Shown in pieces: positions 49,001 through 54,610 of a DNA stretch of 64,000 bases. A program made the position numbers and the translations under genes. Positions within the stretch are counted from its first letter, which is position 1, and the number at the start of each line of letters is the position of its first letter. The DNA is from Candidatus Aldehydirespirator sp. (GTDB lineage: Bacteria; Actinomycetota; Acidimicrobiia; Acidimicrobiales; Aldehydirespiratoraceae), in NCBI GenBank assembly GCA_965205155.1, contig OZ242033.1, positions 2,299,572-2,363,571 of the forward strand, given 5' to 3'. The notes beneath the pieces are model-generated. The model saw only the letters and a list, made by a program, of their open reading frames with translations. It was not told the DNA's origin and made no database searches.

Positions 49001-50068
49001 GCCGGCGCGCAGCCCGCATGTGTGCGCTTCACCGGCGGCCAAGTCGATGAAGCTGCCCTCGGGTTCGTCGGCTTGGCCCTCGTCGTTGTCGCCCCAGCAC
49101 TCGACGGCGCCGCCGGGGCGCAGCCCGCAGCTGTGGATCCCGCCGGCGGCCACAGCGCTGAAAGCCCCAGCAGGCGGGCTGGCTTGGCCGTAGTCGTTGT
49201 TGCCCCAGCATTCGACGGCGCCGCCGGCGCGCAGCCCGCAGTTGTGGACGCCGCCCACCGCGACCGACATGAACGACCCCGCTGGGGCCTCGGCGGAGCC
49301 GAAGAGGTTGTTGCCCCAGCATTCGACGCCGCCGTCGGCGAGGATCACGCAGCCGTGGGCGTAGCCCACCGCGAGAACCCTGCCCCCGACAGGATCGGGG
49401 ACCATCGCCGCCGCGGTGTCAGTCGACTGTGCGCCGCCAGCCTCAACGCGGCCATCGGTGTCCGGCGCCGGGTCTGGTTGTCGGCTGTCGGTGTCCGGGC
49501 CCCGGTCTGGTTGCCGGCCGACGGTATCCGGGTCCGGAGCAGGATCCTGGCCGTCGGTGTCCGGGTCCGGAGCAGGATCCTGGCCGTCGGTGCCCGGGTC
49601 CGGAGCAGGATCCTGGCCGTCGGTGCCCGGGTCCGGAGCAGGATCCTGGCCGTCGGTGCCCGGGTCCGGAGCAGGATCCTGGCCGTCGGTGCCCGGGTCC
49701 GGAGCAGGTTGCTCGCCGGCAGTCCCGTCGCTGGTCCCGGTACCGGCGATGTTGCCGTCGCGCTGGTCGGCTCCGACTTCCCCGGCGAGCTGGGACCCAT
49801 CGCGGGAACCCACCGCGCCGTCGGACCCGCAACCGGCGGCGAGGACCGCAGCCGCCACCGCGGCCGCCGCGGCTCTCGCGAGCCGAACTCGCCGACTCGT
49901 GCGGGTCCGAGAGGATGTCCTCGACTCCGTTGGCGCACGGACCCCGGTGACGCAACGAACACGGGACCCCAGCACCCGATCCGCCCGTCGGTGCCCAGCC
50001 CGCAACAGTGGACGCCGCTGCTGTCGGGGTTGTCGCTCCCCACGCCGGACGTGGCGAACAAACCCCAC
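46052..50068 (-). CDS. Giant RCC1-repeat (beta-propeller) lipoprotein, 28 blades
   Basis: 28 occurrences of the H-x-C-G-L-R-x-D/G-G-x-V-E-C-W-G blade signature, counted in the translation. N-terminal SRRVRLARAAAAAVAAAVLAAGCG (twin-Arg-like, lipobox). Start uncertain (GTG 50068 or GTG 49975). Confidence 0.85.
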   Translation of the reverse strand: MGFVRHVRRGERQPRQQRRPLLRAGHRRADRVLGSRVRCVTGVRAPTESRTSSRTRTSRRVRLARAAAAAVAAAVLAAGCGSDGAVGSRDGSQLAGEVGADQRDGNIAGTGTSDGTAGEQPAPDPGTDGQDPAPDPGTDGQDPAPDPGTDGQDPAPDPGTDGQDPAPDPDTDGQDPAPDPDTVGRQPDRGPDTDSRQPDPAPDTDGRVEAGGAQSTDTAAAMVPDPVGGRVLAVGYAHGCVILADGGVECWGNNLFGSAEAPAGSFMSVAVGGVHNCGLRAGGAVECWGNNDYGQASPPAGAFSAVAAGGIHSCGLRPGGAVECWGDNDEGQADEPEGSFIDLAAGEAHTCGLRAGGGVECWGNNDYGQADPPGGAFSRVSAGTAYSCGLRSDETIACWGDSEWDLFDWGDGGDGIQPPEGAFTDVSAGSTYSCGLRTDRTVECWDFDDEPAGAFTAVATGLFFSCGLRTDGTVECWGGDPTLFARVAAPHGAFTEVSAGSDRSCGLRPDGTVECWGHIDLYDSEPPPGILDEPPAGPFSAVTSSGWHHCGLRTDATVECWGYNETGQADAPAGTFSSVSTGGLHSCGLRTGGDIECWGNNDHGQSDAPAGAFASVSAGALHSCGLRPGGAVECWGDNDHGQSDAPPGTFSAVVTGSQHSCALDADGALNCWGDNDHGQSDAPAGTFASVSAGADHTCAVRSDQTLTCWGNNDEGQADAPAGAFSAVSAGGGHSCGLRTGGALICWSPPWTPAPPFVRWFTPPDPGAGSGEPPAEPDDGATAAKTVADSGEAVAVYAVREVTRFESVSAGDSHACGLSADGTVACWGNNEYGKAFAPSGEFVSVSAGWWHSCGVRAGGAVECWGDDHDGRLAPPEGAFTQVSAGTWHTCGLRSDATAECWGDTSIWDAQAPQGRFSEISTGRYLACGLRPSGAVECWGTRAGIDPPAGAFTAVSAGHEHACGLAAGGTVECWGNGQYGQANSPRGTFVAVAAGEYHSCAVREDRSVICWGQDVLGAINDFWPGFVPAPGRYTTVSVGSTIACGVHADGSVSCWGHNDAAASEPPPGEFVAVSAGRDHTCGLRPGGAVECWHDRTAGTGPPPAAFTAVSAGYVHTCGILSIGAVECWTNLRGGNNYGQSDPPPAAFTAVSAGAFHTCGLDPAGTVQCWGKNYSGQADAPDGAFSAVSAGEDHSCGLRTDGAVECWGSNRDHQLDAPEGSFSAVSAGVWQTCGVAAGGDIECWGGLGADPDGFTVTGPFSAVSTGRGHSCGLRTGGAVICWGWTPSDYMVRLAGTFRSFSTGEQHSCGLRTDGTVDCWSPYHLASPSTIRWAATTPRSTP
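49460..49715 (-). repeat. 33-nt tandem coding repeat (five identical units 49528-49692 plus degenerate flanking units) encoding PAPDPGTDGQD
   Basis: ccgggtccggagcaggatcctggccgtcggtgc repeats exactly from 49561 to 49692. The unit at 49528 differs only at its last base. Confidence 0.9.
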
Positions 50069-50074
50069 ATTTCC

Positions 50075-50290
50075 AACGGTACAACAACCTCACCGCTCCA
50101 CGACCCGCAAGACAATCCCCACGCCGACCAGATGAAACCACACAGAGGATTCCGGCCTCGTTCGGCCGTCTTGGCAGTCTGCGAGCGTCCCAGGACCAGC
50201 ATTAGATGGTGCCGCCGGTTCGCGGCCCGCGGGTCTGGCCGCTTCCGGTCGAGACCTGGCTGGAGTTGCCGTCGGAGGGTTCGGCATGCG
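50075..50290 (-). pseudogene. Decayed RCC1 blades upstream of the RCC1 gene
   Basis: Minus-strand frames read SQVSTGSGQTRGPRTGGTI*CWS (in-frame stop where E is expected) and NPLCGF..SAWG..LSCGSWSGEVVVPLEMWG. One further blade (VHCCGLGTDGRIGCWG, 49965-50060) overlaps the annotated 5' end in another frame. Confidence 0.5.
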
Positions 50291-50323
50291 GCTAGCGTCG
50301 GCGTCGTGGCAGGAGCGCGTGAC

Positions 50324-50710
50324 ATGAGGCTCAGACACCAGTACCTGGGTGCCTGTGACCGAGTGATCAGCAAGACAGGCACCGCGCGTGTGCCGTATCG
50401 CATACCTGAGGATGCGACACTGAAGCAGTGTGCCGGCTACATGGAGGACTACATCATCCGTGATCGACAGCACTTTCGGTACGACTACTACATGAGAATG
50501 TTGGACTTCGGTTTCGGACGGGAACTTGACGTTGAACGAGGCGGATCCAAGCCGCTGATCACGACCCGCATCTCGCTGACCTTCCGGACCGTGCACTCGC
50601 GACCTCGGACGTCGGATTCGCAGGACCCGGCAGACGCGACAGCAGGTTCTCAGGGCCCGAAGGCGGCGATGGGTACGGCCGCGACGCCGTCGGAGCAGCC
50701 GCAGCGGTAG
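50324..50710 (+). CDS. Hypothetical protein (128 aa)
   Basis: ATG 50324 with AGGAG 8 nt upstream, in a locally lower-GC stretch. MRLRHQYLGACDRVISKTGTARVPYRIPEDATLKQCAGYMEDYIIRDRQHFRYDYYMRMLDFGFGRELD. No family recognised. Confidence 0.45.
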   Translation: MRLRHQYLGACDRVISKTGTARVPYRIPEDATLKQCAGYMEDYIIRDRQHFRYDYYMRMLDFGFGRELDVERGGSKPLITTRISLTFRTVHSRPRTSDSQDPADATAGSQGPKAAMGTAATPSEQPQR

Positions 50711-50721
50711 CCGCCGCGCGG

Positions 50722-51480
50722 CTATTCGGCGGGTTCGCCGAGGGTTCGGTCGAGGCGGGCCCGAAGCTCCGCGACCTCCGCCTCGGCGGCGACGGCGCGT
50801 GTCTCGGCCGCTTGGCGGGCGGCGGCCTCATTGGCGGCGCGTGTCTCGGCTGCTTGGCGGGCGGCGGCCTCCTCGTCGGGGTCGGGTAGCCAGGCTTGTT
50901 CGGTGATGTCCCACAGCCGCAGTTTGGGCGGCTGCCAGCGCAGGTCCAGGCCCAGCACGTTGCTGCGGCCCCGGAGCCCGCCGCCGACCTCGGGTGTGAC
51001 CTCGATGGGCGCCCAGCGGCCCGAGACGCGTCGTTCGCCTTGCAGCGGCGGGTTGAGCAGGTCGCCGCCGGTGGGGTCGAGGCGCCAGTACTCCTGTACG
51101 CCGAGCTCGGCGTACTTGTCGGGCTTGTCTTCGAGGTCGGTCTTCACGGTTGCGCGCGACGCGACCTCCAGCACGAAGCACGGCGCGGCGCCGGCGTCCC
51201 ACACCCGGAAGGTGTTCTCGGCCTCCTGCGCGGCGGCGTCCACCCCGAACGCGACGGCCACGTCGGGCGCCACCACGGCTTCGGGGTCGCCCTTCTTGTA
51301 GTAGATGTTGATGTCGCAGCACACCCAGGCGCCCACGTCGTCGCCGCGCCGGTCGAACCAGTGCCGCAGCGCCCACTCCAGTTCCACGCGCCGCCGGTGA
51401 TGCAGGTACCCCTCCGGCATCGGGGTCCCCTCCGGATAGTCGACTTCTATCTCGGGAGGCTCGGTCACGATCGAACCCAT
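50722..51480 (-). CDS. Uma2-family endonuclease (DUF820)
   Basis: ATG 51480 within track ORF 50722..51810. YPEGTPMPEGYLHHRRRVELEWALRHWF...DINIYYKKGDPEAVVAPDVAV...FVLEVASRATVKTDLEDKPDKYAELGVQEYWRLDP. The C-terminus has a duplicated AAARQAAETRA segment. Confidence 0.8.
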   Translation of the reverse strand: MGSIVTEPPEIEVDYPEGTPMPEGYLHHRRRVELEWALRHWFDRRGDDVGAWVCCDINIYYKKGDPEAVVAPDVAVAFGVDAAAQEAENTFRVWDAGAAPCFVLEVASRATVKTDLEDKPDKYAELGVQEYWRLDPTGGDLLNPPLQGERRVSGRWAPIEVTPEVGGGLRGRSNVLGLDLRWQPPKLRLWDITEQAWLPDPDEEAAARQAAETRAANEAAARQAAETRAVAAEAEVAELRARLDRTLGEPAE

Positions 51481-51599
51481 AAAGCGCACCTCCGATCCGC
51501 TGCACCCGACACTACCCCTGCACCCGGCCGGACCGCAACCGGAGACCCCCAAAACACATGACAACTCACAATACGGCACCCCTGAGGGCGCGGATCGGG

Positions 51600-51720
51600 C
51601 GCTGGACACGACGGCCACGCCGGGCGCCGCCACCGCTCCGGGGTCGCCCCGCCTGCAGTGGGCGTCGATGTCGCTGCCCACCCGCGCCCCGGCGCCGCCG
51701 CCCAGTCGAACCGGGCGCCC
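51600..51720 (-). pseudogene. Fragment of a second Uma2 gene
   Basis: The DNA at 51608-51715 aligns by eye with 51252-51360 of the intact gene (acggccacg(t/c)cgggcgcc...ggggtcgcc...gtcgatgtcgc). The peptide reads SDIDAHCRRGDPGAVAAPGVAVV versus DINIYYKKGDPEAVVAPDVAVA. Confidence 0.6.
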
Positions 51721-52011
51721 CGACCTGGCCGCACCGGACGCTCCTGTCGGCTCGGGTGGCGGAGGCCCGCTCCCGCCGCTCATCGTCGCGCACCGGACAG
51801 AGTGATACATCTGCTGACTTGGCTACCGTACGGTTCTTATGTGCATCATTCGGCTCATGCGGCACGCATGCGATACCCTTCTGTGCTGATGGGCCTCACA
51901 TCCGACACCGGGACCAGCAGCCGCCGCGAAGTGCGCCGCCCGCTGGGGCGGCTGCGTCCCCTGTCCCCGGTTGCCTCGCTGCGCGGCCCTGACGCGACGA
52001 CGTCCGCGGCG

Positions 52012-52067
<56 letters not shown>

Positions 52068-52254
52068 GCTCTCTAGCGGCACCGGGCCGGGGCCGCGCGG
52101 CGGCGCCGGTGGCCCTTGGCGTCAGGTGCCCCGACATGACCGAGCCCGGTAGGGCACGCCGCTCTTCTGCCGCGCCCGGTCCCTGGGGCCGCGCCTGCAC
52201 CGTCCGAACCAGCAACCCGACCATCCAACGTTGAGAGCATCCAGGAGGACATCT

Positions 52255-52656
52255 ATGACCGGTCTCTTTGCCCGCACTTGTCGCAGGCTGACCCAGACGC
52301 TCAGCAGGCGGCTGCCCGAGCGCTACCGCCGCGACGACAGCGGCCTCACCACCCTCGAGTGGCTCCTGATAGTCGCCGCCGTGGCCGGCCTGGCCGCCCT
52401 GGCGGTGGTGCTGGTCACCAACGTGGTCGGCGACACCTCCGAGCAGATATCTGGCCAGAGCGCGCGAGCGACGGCCGCGAAAGTCGCAGGTCAGAGCATC
52501 AGCGATCGACATCCCGCCGAACTTGATAACGATGAGGCTAAGGAGCGGTGCGAGAGACTGCCGATCGTCTACAGCGACTTGGATGGCTTCGACGCCAACT
52601 GGGATCCAACCCAAGTCGCCCCCGCGTCCAAGTGTGTACTCACCGGTCTGCCGTAG
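52255..52656 (+). CDS. Pilin-like protein 1: Flp-type leader (G/LTTLEW) with ~90-aa C-terminal domain and Cys pair
   Basis: ATG 52255 with CCAGGAGGAC upstream. ...RRDDSG-LTTLEWLLIVAAVAGLAALAVVLV has Glu at +5 after Gly. The C-terminal domain has C...C (RCERLPIVYSD...SKCVLTGLP). Confidence 0.7.
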   Translation: MTGLFARTCRRLTQTLSRRLPERYRRDDSGLTTLEWLLIVAAVAGLAALAVVLVTNVVGDTSEQISGQSARATAAKVAGQSISDRHPAELDNDEAKERCERLPIVYSDLDGFDANWDPTQVAPASKCVLTGLP

Positions 52657-52667
52657 CAGGAGGAACC

Positions 52668-53204
52668 ATGAATTGCCTTGATTCGAACCAGACGGCCGGT
52701 CGGAGCCATGACGAGCGCCGCCGACGCGGCGACAGCGGCCTGACCACCTTGGAGTGGCTGTTGATCGTCGCGGCGGTGGCCGGTTTGGCCGCCTTGGCGG
52801 TTGTGTTGGTAACCAACGTGGTCGGCGACACGTCCGAACAGATATCCGGCCAGAGCGCCCGCGCGATCGCCGCACGGGTCGCTGGTGATGAGGTCATGCG
52901 AGACGCGGACAGAGACGCGGGTGAGCAGCCGGCGGCAGCGAAGACGTTCGGCAAATGGGAGACCCATTACACCAGCAAGTGCAACATCATTGCGATCACC
53001 TATGGAGACGCGGGAGTCACCACGCAAGCGAGATTCGACTACAACGTTTCAGGAAGCCACACCGACAACGACGCTGTCGCAGCCGCCAGCATCACCACCT
53101 ACGACGTCGAAGGAAGTACCGCCACCGGGTACACCAATGGGCTCAAAGACGCCCCAGTTACGTCGGGACAGGCAGTAGCGCATTGTGTTGTCAATGTGCC
53201 ATAG
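52668..53204 (+). CDS. Pilin-like protein 2 (paralog; N-terminal 45 aa identical to protein 1)
   Basis: ATG 52668 with AGGAGG upstream. ...RRRGDSG-LTTLEWLLIVAAVAGLAALAVVLVTNVVGDTSEQISGQSARA, then a divergent 110-aa domain with KCNIIAITYGD...AHCVVNVP. Confidence 0.7.
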   Translation: MNCLDSNQTAGRSHDERRRRGDSGLTTLEWLLIVAAVAGLAALAVVLVTNVVGDTSEQISGQSARAIAARVAGDEVMRDADRDAGEQPAAAKTFGKWETHYTSKCNIIAITYGDAGVTTQARFDYNVSGSHTDNDAVAAASITTYDVEGSTATGYTNGLKDAPVTSGQAVAHCVVNVP

Positions 53205-53601
53205 TGAACGGCGGCGACCTGAGACTTCGGCGGTTCCTGCTTGACCGCGCCGGGACGTGGTCGTGGTAGCCGGCAACGTTGAGCACACTGCGGAGCGGGT
53301 CTCGAACTCCGAGGCGCGGGCTGCAGCCGCGGTCCACACGGCCTTCGGTGTCGAGAGCGACGCCAAGGCTGCCTCGGCCGGCGACTTCGACTCGTGGGGC
53401 GACTGGGAGAGGCACTTCCGCCGGGAGTGCAGCCTCATCGACGTGCTCTACGCCGACTCCGGCGTCCAGGTGCTGAGCAACAACTTCAACCGGGCGACCG
53501 GGGGCACGGCCTTCGACGCGGCTGCGGCCGGACATACGGCTGCGGCCGACGGGCAGCCTGCCACCGCGGTCAAGGCGCAGGTCCAGTGCGACGTCGGCTG
53601 A
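53204..53601 (+). pseudogene. Decayed third pilin paralog (leader/TM region has a net 25-nt deletion and frameshift)
   Basis: 53204-53269 reads VNGGDLRLRRFLLDRAGTWSW* (compare GDSGLTTLEWLLIV...). ORF 53257..53601 resumes in another frame as VVVAGNVEHTAERVSNSEARAAAAV...ECSLIDVLYAD...VQCDVG, homologous to the mature domains. Confidence 0.55.
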
Positions 53602-53938
53602 GCCCTGCCGGTCGGGCCGGTGCCGAGCTTCCCCCGCCTTGGCGGTCGTGGCCCGGTCGACGGGTCCGGGCCGCCACGGTGGGCCCGCCCGGGCCCGGGT
53701 GTCCTCGTTCGGCGCCGCCCCTGTGCGGCGGACGCGGCGCCGGGGCGGTCGAAGGGTCGATGCGGCGCTTCGTGCAGGCACGGCCGTGCCCGTCCCGTCG
53801 GCGGGTGTCGCCTGCGGGCGGTGAACGGTCCGACGGGAGGTCGTCGACTTGACTCGCTCCGAGACACAGCCTGAGCCGGCACCGGACCCGGCGCAGCCCG
53901 AGAACGCCCGGCGGGCCCTGCCGGCGTGTCCGGCCGGT

Positions 53939-54403
53939 TCAGCCCGCCGCGTCCGCCGGCTCGGAGTCGGCGGGTTCGGCGGCTGGGAGCCTGCCCTCGA
54001 CGGCGGCGTCCACAAGGCCGGTCATCTCCAGCCCTGCGATCAGCGCAGTCAGCTTCAGGTCGAGTTCGTTGATCAGCGTGGTGAGCTTCAGGTTGGCCTC
54101 GTCGATCTTGGCGTCAAGGCCATCGACCTTGGCTTCGACCTTGTCGATGCGTGCGGTCAGCCTGGCTTCGGCCTTGTCGATCTTGGTGTCCACCTTCTCG
54201 ATCTTGTTGTCGAGGGTGGTGAGCGAGAAGAAGAGCAGTCCCACCGCGAGGGTGGCGAGCGCGGTCTGGATCGGGTGGTCGCCGAGCCGGGCCCAGGACC
54301 GGGCCTTGGCCTCGGGCTCGGCGGCGGTGGCTGCCGGGGCTGGGGCCGGGTCGGGTCGCAGGTCGGAGGTGGGGGCCATCGGGGTCGGTTGGGTTGCGGT
54401 CAT
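53939..54403 (-). CDS. Membrane-anchored coiled-coil protein (hypothetical)
   Basis: 154 aa. Pro-rich N-terminus, TM helix ALATLAVGLLFFSL, then repeats KIEKVDTKIDKAEARLTARIDKVEAKVDGLDAKIDEANLKLTTLINELDLKL. Confidence 0.5.
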   Translation of the reverse strand: MTATQPTPMAPTSDLRPDPAPAPAATAAEPEAKARSWARLGDHPIQTALATLAVGLLFFSLTTLDNKIEKVDTKIDKAEARLTARIDKVEAKVDGLDAKIDEANLKLTTLINELDLKLTALIAGLEMTGLVDAAVEGRLPAAEPADSEPADAAG

Positions 54404-54509
54404 GGGGCGCCTCGCTGCGGTTCCGGGGTGGAGGTGCCCGTCGCATCGTGTCGGGCATCTTGGCGCACCGTCGATGCCCGGTGGCGAGGCTCGTCCCGCA
54501 CCATATCAG

Positions 54510-54562
54510 TCCGTGTATTGTCATGCAACTCGACCTCGCCATTCCGTGCAATGTCATGCAAC
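54510..54562 (+). promoter_or_regulatory. Two 20-nt direct repeats (TCCGTGTATTGTCATGCAAC / TCCGTGCAATGTCATGCAAC) 33 nt apart; candidate operator upstream of the cpaB-like operon
   Basis: 17/20 identical, at 54510-54529 and 54543-54562, and 49 nt upstream of the TTG start at 54611. Confidence 0.4.
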
Positions 54563-54610
54563 CCGGCAGCGCCGTTGCGGGCGCTCGGCTGTCTGTAGGA
54601 GGTCGGCGAT

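Noticed and set aside
46014-50710. Strong ~110-130-nt periodicity and many overlapping ORFs on both strands; considered a CRISPR-like or satellite array
   Set aside because: The periodicity is fully explained by 28 RCC1 blades in one continuous minus-strand reading frame. The repeats are imperfect at DNA level and lack unique spacers. The plus-strand ORFs (for example 48596..50710 and 47519..48577) are antisense shadows.
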